From Candidatus Acidiferrales bacterium (GTDB lineage: Bacteria; Acidobacteriota; Terriglobia; Acidiferrales; UBA7541): 64,000 nucleotides of DNA. A program made the translations under genes and the position numbers. The DNA lies in NCBI GenBank assembly GCA_035650755.1, contig DASRHB010000003.1, positions 3,005 to 67,004 on the forward strand, given 5' to 3'. Shown in pieces: positions 29,049 through 38,000 of the stretch. Below the pieces are notes generated by a model. It did no database searches and was not told the DNA's origin. It saw only the letters and a program-made list of their open reading frames with translations. Numbering within the stretch: position 1 is the stretch's first letter; every line of letters starts with the position of its first letter.

Positions 29049-29267
29049 CTAGCCGCCGGCAATGGGTCGAACCATGAGCACTTCTTTGTGTTCGCGTGTG
29101 ACCTTCCCTATGCGCTCACCTGTCTCGAGATCAAAGGGCTGTGCGCCGGTTTTGACTTCGTACTCGGCGATAACCTTATTCACCTTTTCCATATCCGCTG
29201 TTTCCGGGTCGTATTCGATCAATGTTGTGTCGCCTTCTGAGGAAAACGTTAGAATTCTGGCGTTCAT
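29049..29267 (-). CDS. Small ThiS/MoaD-like (beta-grasp, ubiquitin-like) protein candidate ending in Gly-Gly
   Basis: 72-aa ORF with a strong GGAAGGAG Shine-Dalgarno sequence. The C-terminus ...KEVLMVRPIAGG-stop resembles the ThiS/MoaD tail (..IAGG / ..VTGG). Size and alternating beta/alpha propensity fit a beta-grasp fold. Confidence 0.55.
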   Translation of the reverse strand: MNARILTFSSEGDTTLIEYDPETADMEKVNKVIAEYEVKTGAQPFDLETGERIGKVTREHKEVLMVRPIAGG

Positions 29268-29599
29268 TCCGGCTCCTTCCTGGCGAGGGCCACAAGGCGC
29301 ACTACCGTCTCCTACAGTCTTGGATTCCGCCGCAGGAACGGCAATACCGTGCCATTTCGAGGAAAGCGACGCTGATACCTGATATTTTCGCCTTTGCCCG
29401 AAAAGAGCAGACTCCGCGAACAGGCCAGATTATCGGTGGGCTGGTTTGTGCGGCGGATGGTTCGACGTAGCTCCCTACAAGTTTCACCCGGTAAACGTAG
29501 ACCTGCATACGTGAATGAGCCGATTAATTTGTGAATTGTACTCAGTTTACGCTCGGCCCAGACAAATGCCGCAAATGAAAACGGACCCGGCTTGGTCCT

Positions 29600-30229
29600 G
29601 TGAGTCTGCCGGCTTGGTTTCAGGACGTTCCAAACGAATTGCTCGGGCGCAAGCTTGTCGATATCAAACAGGGGCAAACTATCTTCTCGCAAGGCGACGA
29701 CTGCGATCAGGTGTATTACATCGGCAACGGCGTGGTCAGGCTTTCCACCGTATCTCCCCATGGCAAAACAGCCGTCCTTTGCACCTGGGCCCGGGCGATT
29801 TTCTGGGAATGGGCTGTCTGACAGGCGAAAAAACGCACGAGACTACGGCCGTCGCCCTGGTCCGGAGCGTGGCCGTGGCCATTCGCAGCGCCGTTCTCAT
29901 TCGGCTGTTGCGTGAAAAGCCGCCGGCCGCCGCCGAATTCTGCGATTACGTAATAAAACGATACGTTGGAATCGAGCGCGAACTGATCAATTTTGTGCTG
30001 AATTCCAGCGAGAAGCGTCTCGCGCGAGCATTGTTGTTGCTCGACAGTTACAGTAAAAACGTCGACCCGTCGATTCTCCACACGATTACTCAAGACGCTC
30101 TGGCGGATATCGTGGGGACCACGCGTTCCCCCCATTAATCTTTTTCCGAAGCGCTTCAAGAGAAAGGGCTACATCGAATATGACAGAGAACTGAAAATTT
30201 ATCCGTCACTTCAAGAAGTCCGTTCATAG
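29600..30229 (+). pseudogene. Crp/Fnr-family regulator interrupted by two compensating frameshifts
   Basis: The N-terminal cNMP-binding part is in frame 2 (...GQTIFSQGDDCDQVYYIGNGVVRLSTVSPHGKTAVLC). The middle is in frame 1 (LGPGDFLGMGCLTGE...SSEKRLARALLLL...TQDALADIVGTTRS). The HTH end returns to frame 2 (PINLFPKRFKRKGYIEYDRELKIYPSLQEV). The breaks are near 29785 and in the C6 run at 30128-30133. Confidence 0.7.
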
Positions 30230-30376
30230 ACGAAACTGCTCCTCACTACGCTCGCTCACTTACGTATCGTTTACGGCTTAGATGCTTATGATCAGCCGCA
30301 CAGGGTAATCACGGTATCAACTCACGACGGTTCGCCACATACTATCTCACGGTACCGGCGGTGGCTTACGGCGCGC

Positions 30377-30727
30377 GTGTTACTGGTAGACGATCATCAA
30401 GGAACGCGAAGCATTCTTCTGTCGGTGCTCACACACGAGCGCTTTGACGTCTGCGGTGAGGCGCAAAATGGCTACGAAGCCATCGATAAAGCCGCTGAAC
30501 TGCGGCCTGACGTTGTAGTCATCGATCTCCTGATGCCTCGACTGAACGGCATCGAAACCGCTCCCCGGATCCGCTGCGTCGTCCCGCACGTGAAGATCAT
30601 CCTCATCAGCGGCTATCTTCCGCCCAAACTTGGTTCCGCAGCGGCTCGGCTGGCTGGCGCCCAGGCCTACGTTGAAAAACACACCGCAATCAGAGATCTG
30701 GGACCGGCGATCAGAGCAGTGCTGTGA
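30377..30727 (+). CDS. Stand-alone CheY-like response-regulator receiver domain
   Basis: LLVDDH...PDVVVIDLLMPRLNG...KIILISGY...AQAYVEK provides the acidic pocket, phospho-acceptor Asp, Ser/Thr and Lys positions. No output domain. The first canonical in-frame start is the GTG at 30377. Confidence 0.8.
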   Translation: MLLVDDHQGTRSILLSVLTHERFDVCGEAQNGYEAIDKAAELRPDVVVIDLLMPRLNGIETAPRIRCVVPHVKIILISGYLPPKLGSAAARLAGAQAYVEKHTAIRDLGPAIRAVL

Positions 30728-30854
30728 AGCTGAAGGTCTCGATTCCGGTCCCCGCTGCAGCCGTCAGCCAACTGTTCAAAAGTAGACAGACCGCTTCCGC
30801 CAGCTTGTGATATTTGACAGGCGGCTTGTACTAGAGGTGTCTCTATCAGAGTCC

Positions 30855-31007
30855 ATGGATTCGAAAGAACCGTCTCCAGCACCAAATGAAATGACGTTGC
30901 GCGATCTCCTCGAACTGGCCTCGCTCGAGCAGGATCCGCAAAAATTGCAACAGTTGCTCGACGAGATCAGCGCCCGCTTCGCTCGTGGCGAGCGAGTGTT
31001 TGAATAG
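30855..31007 (+). CDS. Possible small acidic helical protein
   Basis: 50 aa from the ATG at 30855 (the ORF track starts at the GTG at 30807). There is no clear Shine-Dalgarno sequence and no homology recognised. It sits downstream of the CheY-like gene. Confidence 0.3.
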   Translation: MDSKEPSPAPNEMTLRDLLELASLEQDPQKLQQLLDEISARFARGERVFE

Positions 31008-31293
31008 CGCCTGTTCGCAGTGGTCTTTTTTACACGAGTAAATTCGCGACAAAATAAACACCCCGCCGGGCACAGGAAACCGGGCGGGGTGACTTACCGG
31101 GGTGGAAATGCGGGCACTTTGCTCTCGCGCAGATTAAATTAAGCTTAAATAAATGTTGACGAGCGGCCCGCCGTCAATCCACGGAACCGATGTCCGCGCT
31201 GCTCTTGTTAGCCGCAGAAAAACGAGTTCTCGCCGGCGGCGAGCGCAGGTGTAGGATCAGTTCTGACATGTTTACTCTTTCAGGAGTGTGGAG

Positions 31294-31944
31294 ATGAAGG
31301 CAATCAGGACTGCGCTCATTGTTATCATTCTGATTTTCGCGGGTACGCTAATTACGTTGCGCTTCACTGGTCTCGAGCCGGAATACCTCGATCTCGATCA
31401 ACTGCGGGCGCACCACATGATCGCCCGGCCCGGCTTGTGGCTGAAAGGCGAAGTGGTCAGAGCGCCTGTGACGGATTGGTCGTTTGTCCTCGACCAGCCG
31501 CATCCAGGACGCAGCCTCAATACTGTCCTGGTGGAAACGCGTACGCCGTATTTCATTCCGCATTCGGTTCGCACTATGCCTACGGTGCGCAATGGCGTGT
31601 TCTATCTCCGCTCGCACCAAGATCAAATGAACCGGCAATTTCCGTATGACAAATCCTGGACTGCCGACGTGGCTCGCGATCCGCGCGTACGCATCAAGAT
31701 CGGCGATAAATTGTATGAAGCCACGCTTGTCCTGGTGACCGACCGCAGTCAGGCGATTGCCGTGTTAGGCCGCGATCCTGAAGTGCGGGAAAAGGGAGCC
31801 GACGGGCAGGAGCACGTCGTGGGCTACGACCATGTATTTCGCGTTTTCCAGAGGAATATCCCCGAATATGGCGGCGAGCAGCCGTCGCCGAGCGTGGCGG
31901 GACTTGTGCCTGACGCCAAGCTTGTCTCCGAGAACAAGCCCTGA
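31294..31944 (+). CDS. Hypothetical N-terminally anchored protein
   Basis: The ATG at 31294 lies 7 nt after CAGGAG (a GTG at 31288 is also possible). TM helix ALIVIILIFAGTLITL. No family recognised. Confidence 0.55.
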   Translation: MKAIRTALIVIILIFAGTLITLRFTGLEPEYLDLDQLRAHHMIARPGLWLKGEVVRAPVTDWSFVLDQPHPGRSLNTVLVETRTPYFIPHSVRTMPTVRNGVFYLRSHQDQMNRQFPYDKSWTADVARDPRVRIKIGDKLYEATLVLVTDRSQAIAVLGRDPEVREKGADGQEHVVGYDHVFRVFQRNIPEYGGEQPSPSVAGLVPDAKLVSENKP

Positions 31945-31991
31945 CGCCGCCGCCTGTAGCTTTACCGGCGGCAACACCGGAGAGTTCTGGG

Positions 31992-32303
31992 CTAGGTCCA
32001 GCGTAGCCAGGCAATGCCGACGATGATCAGCACGATCGCCGCGATGCGTTGTGGCGGGAGATTTTCCTTCAGATACCAGAAGCTGAACAGCACCGTCAGC
32101 GCCGCTTCCAGTCCCAGGACGAATATATAGGCGACGCTGAGGTCGGTTCGCCGCATCCCGAGTGTCTGTACGGCTGCGCCGGCAACAAACAAAACCAGAA
32201 ATCCCGCCGTTTGCGCCGGGCGAGTCATGGTTGCCGAAAGCTTCATCAGAAGCCCGCCCACGCTGAAGGCAAGTGCCGCAATGATGAGAAAAATAACGTC
32301 CAT
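31992..32303 (-). CDS. SMR-fold four-helix membrane protein lacking the canonical Glu14
   Basis: 103 aa with 4 hydrophobic helices. LLMKLSATMTR aligns with EmrE TLMKFSEGFTR, but the EmrE AEVIG Glu position reads FSVGG here. Confidence 0.7.
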   Translation of the reverse strand: MDVIFLIIAALAFSVGGLLMKLSATMTRPAQTAGFLVLFVAGAAVQTLGMRRTDLSVAYIFVLGLEAALTVLFSFWYLKENLPPQRIAAIVLIIVGIAWLRWT

Positions 32304-32467
32304 GCTCAGAGCACGCGCAGACAGTCTGCTTCAGCATTTCTTCGAGCGCAACGGTTCTTTCGGCCACCAGCGTTCAGAGCTGCAGGCAATCCGGGAAGGG
32401 TCCCATGAATCGTCTGGCGCGAAATCTCGTTGCGCTTAGGGCCAAGAACCACACCGGCTAAGAATAC

Positions 32468-33985
32468 TTACGACGGATTTCGCAAACCGGGTTTCGAATT
32501 CGAGATGTGACGTTCGGACGGCGTTACCTCAAACGTAAAACGAAGCGCGGGAATTTTATTGCCGGGGTGGTCATCCGCATAAGTCAGTTGCGGTGTTCGG
32601 TAGAGTTGCTGCGGCTCGTTAGCCGGTCCTTCATAGATTCCGGGGTAGAGGTCGACGATGTGCGGGCCGGGCTCTCCTGCCGCAGTGAAGTTAATGACCA
32701 CATCTCCTTGGCTGTTGAATCCGCACACATAGCCCATGTAAGCGTTATCGTAAGTCGCCACGTAAATGTTGTCGTATTCGGTCCAGCCGACCCCTTTGAG
32801 GTGAATGGTCACGGAAGTGCCCGCCGGCCCTGACTTGGGCGTGATGCTGACGATGCTGGTTTCGATCACGAAAAACGCTCGCGCCAGTTCTTTGTCGCCA
32901 TTTTTCAAGGCGACTGCATGTAGCCCGCCGAGATCGTCGGGAATAGTGAGAGGAAACGCGAGCTTCCCATCGCTTCCGACCTTCACCTGCGCGATTACCT
33001 TCTCCTGCGGATCGAAGCCGTTGCCACTGACCCGGCTGCCGACGTAAGTCTGCCACACGAGTTGCAGTGATGAATTGCGGGGAAAGCCTTCGCCGTGAAG
33101 CGTGGCATGGCTCGCGACCGTGCCTTGCGTCGGTGATAGGGCCAATGTGGCGCCGCCCAGCTTCACTTCTGTTTGGGGGATTGGTTGAGGCTGATATGCC
33201 TCCGCGTATGTTTCTCGCGCCGGTGCACCGGGGGTCGTGTGGAAGGTGAATTGAGGCCGCGGCAGCCTGGCAACGGGCGACTGCTCGTAATTCAGATAAC
33301 TCTGCCCCTGCCACCCCGTATAGACCTTGATGACGTGATCGCCGATGGGGCCAGCCGCGCGAAAGCGCGCCACCGCTGATCCGCGCGTGCTCGCAGCCGA
33401 AACCCACCCCAGTTCGTTATTGTCCCAATTGACCGCCCAGGTGCTCTCCATCGTGCGCCACCCGAGGCCTTTGACCTTCAGTTCGATGGGCGTGCCAATG
33501 GGCCCTGAAGTAGGTGAGAGTTCGAAACTCTGGGTGACGTTGATGCCGTTCTGCGCCACAGGTTTTCCGTCGATAGACGCGATTACTTCGTGCACACCGC
33601 CATAATCTTCCGGCACCTTGAAGCTGGCGTTCAGGTTCCCATTCGAATCTACTTGAAATGAGCCGAGCTTTCTCGTGCTCTCGGAATATTTTTTTCCGCG
33701 GAAATGGTAATAATCCTCGACCACCCAGCCGCCGGTCACCGTGCCCCAGTTGATCTCCACCATTCTCCCCGACGGCAGGTTTTTCGCTGTCGCACGCACC
33801 AGCGTGCCAACCGCAGCAGGTTTCTCATATGCGAGTTCGAGCGAAGTGCTCGACCCCTCACCGACTGCTGCGGTTGCGGCGCTGACTACGTTTTCAGGAT
33901 TGCCAAACCTGGATCGCGAACAGGCGGAAAATGCCGTGACAATGCTCAGAAGGAAAACGACACGGTGCGAGAGACAACTTCTCAT
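32468..33985 (-). CDS. Lipoprotein with internally duplicated Ig-like modules
   Basis: Lipobox TAFSAC|S. Two rounds of an A-B module pair can be seen (see findings). No named family recognised. Confidence 0.6.
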   Translation of the reverse strand: MRSCLSHRVVFLLSIVTAFSACSRSRFGNPENVVSAATAAVGEGSSTSLELAYEKPAAVGTLVRATAKNLPSGRMVEINWGTVTGGWVVEDYYHFRGKKYSESTRKLGSFQVDSNGNLNASFKVPEDYGGVHEVIASIDGKPVAQNGINVTQSFELSPTSGPIGTPIELKVKGLGWRTMESTWAVNWDNNELGWVSAASTRGSAVARFRAAGPIGDHVIKVYTGWQGQSYLNYEQSPVARLPRPQFTFHTTPGAPARETYAEAYQPQPIPQTEVKLGGATLALSPTQGTVASHATLHGEGFPRNSSLQLVWQTYVGSRVSGNGFDPQEKVIAQVKVGSDGKLAFPLTIPDDLGGLHAVALKNGDKELARAFFVIETSIVSITPKSGPAGTSVTIHLKGVGWTEYDNIYVATYDNAYMGYVCGFNSQGDVVINFTAAGEPGPHIVDLYPGIYEGPANEPQQLYRTPQLTYADDHPGNKIPALRFTFEVTPSERHISNSKPGLRNPS

Positions 33986-34029
33986 GTTTTGAAGATCGAT
34001 CTGTGGCCGATGCCGATCCCGGCCGCGCG

Positions 34030-34512
34030 TCAGTCGCCGATAATCGTGATCTGCGAGGTGTCCACGTCAAACGGCTTGTATTCTCCCGTGCGGCCCTGCG
34101 GATCCTTTGCCGTCACCGTGTAACGCACAATTCCAGTGACCGCATCCTCGGGCACCACCCACTTGGCCACCCAGAACGTGCGCTCCGGTTGCTTCTCCGT
34201 CTGGCGGTCGCGCATTGGGATGTCGATCGTCTTGCCGTTGTACGTGAGGTGCACGACGAGTTGCGTCGCTCGATCGCGCTTGCCCGTTGCCGGATCGATC
34301 GCCGTCATGCGGAAACCGATTGGCTCACCGCGCTTGAACTGGCTGCTGGCCGTGCAGGTGCGCGGCTTGCCCAGGCCAAAGAAGTACACCACGTCTCCGT
34401 AGACGACCAGACGATCGTTGCCGGAGGTTTGTCCGGACACAAACGGCGTGGCCAACAAGGCGGCCAAAATGAAAAAAACAGCGAGCGCGGAATACCTGTA
34501 TAGGTTTTTCAT
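34030..34512 (-). CDS. Small secreted hypothetical protein
   Basis: Signal peptide MKNLYRYSALAVFFILAALLATPFVSGQ. The body is beta-rich. It lies 44 nt upstream of the lipoprotein gene on the same strand. I prefer the ATG at 34512 over the TTG at 34524. Confidence 0.55.
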   Translation of the reverse strand: MKNLYRYSALAVFFILAALLATPFVSGQTSGNDRLVVYGDVVYFFGLGKPRTCTASSQFKRGEPIGFRMTAIDPATGKRDRATQLVVHLTYNGKTIDIPMRDRQTEKQPERTFWVAKWVVPEDAVTGIVRYTVTAKDPQGRTGEYKPFDVDTSQITIIGD

Positions 34513-34652
34513 AGTGACGCACAAATTACTCCGAAAGGGCCAAAGATGTCCAGTGATATGATGCGCGGCTACAGGTGCAGCGGACCCTCGCCGTCACCCC
34601 GTGTCATATGCACAAACTGAGCCGCGGATTCAAACGGCGCCAGCATCTCCCC

Positions 34653-35687
34653 CTAATCAGGCGAAACACCAAAAGTGAAATTCGAAGGTCCCCGGAAAAA
34701 ACCGGCTTTGCCGAAGGCCGAGCACCACTGCGCTTCCGACTGATTCGAAACGATCAGATCTACTCCGCTATCTTCCAGGATTCGCGTCGCCAGGTAAACG
34801 ACCCGGGAAGCGTTTTGCGGCAGCGCCAGGCAATCGAGTATCGTTCCCACCCGCATATTCCCGAAATATTTGTTCCCTCGCATCTGCGTGTTGAGCACCA
34901 CCGCCCACCCGAGTGTTTTTCCCTCCCTTGAAATCTTGTACTTGAAAAAGCGCTCCTTGCCCGCGGGATAGAGCAGATTGAGGGAGGCGCTGTCGCGGAC
35001 GGCAATCATTGCATAGCGATCTTTACATTCATTCCACAGATCGTCAGCCCAGGAGCCAAATTCGTGGACGAGGTGCGCAACTGTGCGGGCACAACCTTGT
35101 GCCGTCCGCAAGCTTTGTATGGTATCTATTGCCAGCGGCGCGATTACCGTGCAAGCCGCGGCATCCAGCAACCAGCTGCGAATTACGCCGCTTCGGAGCG
35201 CCTGAATTTCTCGCAAGAAAGTTTTGGGGTGATTGACCTTAAAGAAGAAAGGCAGCGTCATCACTTTCCATCCCGCGGCTTTCAGAATGCGAGGGATGAG
35301 AGTATGTTCGCCGCCCGCCATCCCCAGCGAATACAGCAGAGGTTGCATTCTCTGAGCGTGTCGCAGCATGAGCATGAAAAGCCAGGAGTATGCCTTGTTA
35401 ATCACTGCCTCGGACATGGGCCAGTGAAAGCAGTCGATCGGAAGGATATCGCCCTTAAACGAGAAATCCTGGCGCTTCAGCCGGAAGCCCCCACGCATGA
35501 TTCCGTCTTCCAGGACGATAAAATTCTCCTGATAGAGTCGCCTCTGCTCGACTTTTGGAAGCCAATCAGAGACAGCTAATTCAGGGAATCGTAGGTCAAA
35601 CGGCACGCCCGCAGCGGATAAGCGCGAGTTAAAATCCCTCACTGCCGGAACATAGGTATCAGTGAGCGTTTGAATCGCGACACTCAT
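34653..35687 (-). CDS. Putative GNAT-fold acyltransferase (FemAB/CelD-like)
   Basis: 344-aa cytoplasmic ORF. Its overall pattern reminds me of BioF2/CelD-like Acetyltransf_6 proteins. This is a weak, memory-based call. Confidence 0.45.
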   Translation of the reverse strand: MSVAIQTLTDTYVPAVRDFNSRLSAAGVPFDLRFPELAVSDWLPKVEQRRLYQENFIVLEDGIMRGGFRLKRQDFSFKGDILPIDCFHWPMSEAVINKAYSWLFMLMLRHAQRMQPLLYSLGMAGGEHTLIPRILKAAGWKVMTLPFFFKVNHPKTFLREIQALRSGVIRSWLLDAAACTVIAPLAIDTIQSLRTAQGCARTVAHLVHEFGSWADDLWNECKDRYAMIAVRDSASLNLLYPAGKERFFKYKISREGKTLGWAVVLNTQMRGNKYFGNMRVGTILDCLALPQNASRVVYLATRILEDSGVDLIVSNQSEAQWCSAFGKAGFFRGPSNFTFGVSPD

Positions 35688-36039
35688 CAGTCCCGCCCTG
35701 ATCCGAATTGAATTGCGGCGAACCGATTGACGTTATCTTTCTCGCGAACTGGGTCTCCGTGCAGACTGCGCGCCCTGTATCGTTGGGCGACAGTGGCGGC
35801 AGAAAGCTGTATGGCCCGTCCGCTAAGCGCCTGGAGCTGCACGACGATGTAGCATGCGACGAATCATCGAGTGTATCGGCACTATCGCGTAATCCGGATT
35901 AAGGGGGGTGCAGCTTTATGCGGACGTACAACTCAGGTATATCAGGCTTGCTACCGGATCGACTGCAGTGACTTCTGGTGGAAGAAAGAAAGACCGGCGC
36001 GCAGATTGCAGATGCGAAACCCGGCGCCGGCAGATCCGT

Positions 36040-36288
36040 TTAGACCAGAACGGCCTCTTTGGCGGTTCGAACGTTGCCGTGGTTATAGTTCTTGGCGCAC
36101 GTGTCGCAAAATACGGCGCGATAAGTGCTGCCGTCTTTGGCGCTTGCATCTGGTACCGGGTTCCAACCCTTTGTCTTCGTGAGTTTTCCCGTCTGTTCAA
36201 AGCCCTGAAACAGGTGTTCGCAGATGTATTCCATGCCTTCGGCTTTCTTGGCATCACTGAGCTTATGGATCCAGATCGTTTGGGCCAT
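36040..36288 (-). CDS. Small Cys-containing hypothetical protein
   Basis: 82 aa from the ATG at 36288, which follows GGAGGAG. Contains YICEH...FCDTC. The ORF-track N-terminal extension lacks an RBS. Confidence 0.5.
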   Translation of the reverse strand: MAQTIWIHKLSDAKKAEGMEYICEHLFQGFEQTGKLTKTKGWNPVPDASAKDGSTYRAVFCDTCAKNYNHGNVRTAKEAVLV

Positions 36289-36566
36289 GTGGCTCCTCCG
36301 GTTGAGCTTCCACTGTGGCATATAGCCCCACTCCCAAACACCTGACCCAAAGGACAGATGTGTTTCCCACGCAATTGGCACTTTAGTGTTCTCGAAAAAC
36401 CTTGAGGATCAAATGATTCGAATGCCACCGCCCGCGCGCTGGAGAGGGCCTGGGTGACACCTCCGCCAGCATTCAGTTACATTCGATCATTCCGCAATCG
36501 CTCGGCGGCGTTGGCTCTTCGCCCTCGGGCATTTGCCTGCTGTTGGCAGTTGTCAAAGGAGAACGC

Positions 36567-37766
36567 ATGTCGCAGCAAGATCCGCAAATTCAAACACCAC
36601 GGAATAGGAGAACCGATCACGAACGGATGCAGGAACTCTTCTGCCGAGCCTTGCATCACGGTACCGTGGCGTACAAGGCTTTTCTTCGAAACGGCGATGC
36701 CGCGCTGCTCCGCGAGCGAAGTGGTGATCCGGCCACACCGCCCATCGTGCCCTCTAGTGTGTTTTTTCTTCCCGGTGACCCCGCGGGACCTTACCAATAT
36801 GCGCGTTGGTCCAATCCCACCTGGACCGCGCTCGAAGAGTCGCTCTCAACTCTGGAAGATGCGGAATGCGTGATTTTTCCGTCTGGGATGGCTGCAGTGG
36901 CGGCAATTCTTTGCAGCCTGCCCAAATCCGGAGATCGCATCTTGCTGCCCTCGGATGCTTACTACACGACCCGCATCGCGGCCGACACCTATTTGAAGTC
37001 TGCTGGTGTATCCGTCCTGACCTGCCCCACGGCAGAAATCCAGGATCAGGAGTTTGCCGGTCTGCGAATGGTGTGGATCGAAACGCCTTCGAATCCCGGT
37101 TTGGATATTTGCGACATTCGCAAATCGGTGACCAAGGCGAGAGAAGCGGGTGCGACCGTTATCGTGGACAACACCACACCTACGCCATTGGGGCAACGGC
37201 CATTGGAACTTGGTGCCGACGCCCTGGTTTCGTCCGATACAAAGGCAATCAATGGCCATTCCGACGTGGTGTTCGGGCATGTCGCCTCGCGGAATGTGGA
37301 ACTGATTTCCGCCGTCCGCAATTGGCGGAAGCTGTGTGGCGCCATACCCGGCCCGTTCGAATCCTGGCTCGTTCATCGAGGGCTCGAGACGCTCGAGCTG
37401 CGATTCGAGCGAATGTGCAGCAATGCAGAGGCGCTGGCGCCACGCTTCTTCGAACATCGCAAGGTCCAGCATGTCAGATTTCCGGGCCTGCCGGAGCATC
37501 GGGGTCACGCTGTGGCCCAAACCCAGATGCTTCGCTACGGTATGATCATCGGCCTGACCTTGAGCGGCAAGTTTTCCGCGGAGAAATTCATTGACGGCTG
37601 CCGATTCATTCGGCCCACCACCAGCTTTGGCGGTCTACACACGTCCGGTGAGCGGCGCGCTCGCTGGGGCGATCAGGTCGCCGAAGGCTTCGTGCGGCTG
37701 TCGGTGGGCTGCGAACCGCTGGAACAACTCTGGAAAGAGATAAAGAATTCGCTGGACGGGCTGTAA
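36567..37766 (+). CDS. Cys/Met-metabolism PLP-dependent enzyme (cystathionine gamma-synthase/lyase family)
   Basis: FPSGMAAVAA..., IETPSNPGLDICDI..., VDNTTPTP... and the PLP-lysine motif SDTKAINGHSDV. The ATG at 36567 follows AAGGAGA. Confidence 0.85.
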   Translation: MSQQDPQIQTPRNRRTDHERMQELFCRALHHGTVAYKAFLRNGDAALLRERSGDPATPPIVPSSVFFLPGDPAGPYQYARWSNPTWTALEESLSTLEDAECVIFPSGMAAVAAILCSLPKSGDRILLPSDAYYTTRIAADTYLKSAGVSVLTCPTAEIQDQEFAGLRMVWIETPSNPGLDICDIRKSVTKAREAGATVIVDNTTPTPLGQRPLELGADALVSSDTKAINGHSDVVFGHVASRNVELISAVRNWRKLCGAIPGPFESWLVHRGLETLELRFERMCSNAEALAPRFFEHRKVQHVRFPGLPEHRGHAVAQTQMLRYGMIIGLTLSGKFSAEKFIDGCRFIRPTTSFGGLHTSGERRARWGDQVAEGFVRLSVGCEPLEQLWKEIKNSLDGL

Positions 37767-37776
37767 CTGCCATTCA

Positions 37777-37800
37777 CATCGCGCCCTGCGGGGCGTGATG
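37777..37800 (+). terminator. Stem-loop after the PLP-enzyme gene (possible terminator, no U-tract)
   Basis: CATCGCGCCC-TGCG-GGGCGTGATG forms a 10-bp stem with one G.U pair and a tetraloop, 11 nt after the stop. Confidence 0.35.
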
Positions 37801-38000
37801 CACAGGAGTACACCCGATTCCTGAAACCAAGAGTTCGTACATGATTTCCTGTATTTGCTTCGCGCTGAACCATTAGTTAACGTTACCCTCCGCGTTGAAA
37901 AAGCCTGCCTTCCCCCGGGCACGTTTTTCTGGCGCGCTCAGCTCATGTTTCCTGAAGAAGTTCACCTGCTTGGTCGCGGTGAGCAGGGGAGCTTTTTTGC

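Noticed and set aside
30846-31073. 75-aa minus-strand ORF overlapping the small plus-strand ORF
   Set aside because: It has no RBS and an implausible composition, and it overlaps the hairpin region. Neither small ORF is strongly supported, so only the plus-strand one is listed, at low confidence.
31059-31092. GC-rich hairpin (CACCCCGCC...GGCGGGGTG) after the small ORF at 30855-31007
   Set aside because: Its only T-rich flank is on the minus strand, where there is no upstream gene to terminate. On the plus strand no U-tract follows, so I do not call it a terminator.
31131-31177. AT-rich patch with palindrome TTAAGCTTAA and inverted TTGACG-N10-CGTCAA upstream of 31294
   Set aside because: The arms are short, such matches are expected by chance, and there is no matching -10 element or known operator consensus.
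36289-36566. Possible SAM riboswitch or leader upstream of the Cys/Met PLP-enzyme gene
   Set aside because: Only one modest hairpin (GCTGGAGAGG...CCTCCGCCAGC) is present, and no SAM-I or SAM-II consensus core was recognisable by eye. A covariance-model scan would be needed to exclude a riboswitch fully.
36806-37594. 262-aa alternative-frame ORF (and a 224-aa antisense ORF) within the PLP-enzyme gene
   Set aside because: The frame starting at 36567 carries the PLP-lysine motif and other family signatures. The alternatives are Arg/Gly-rich nonsense.
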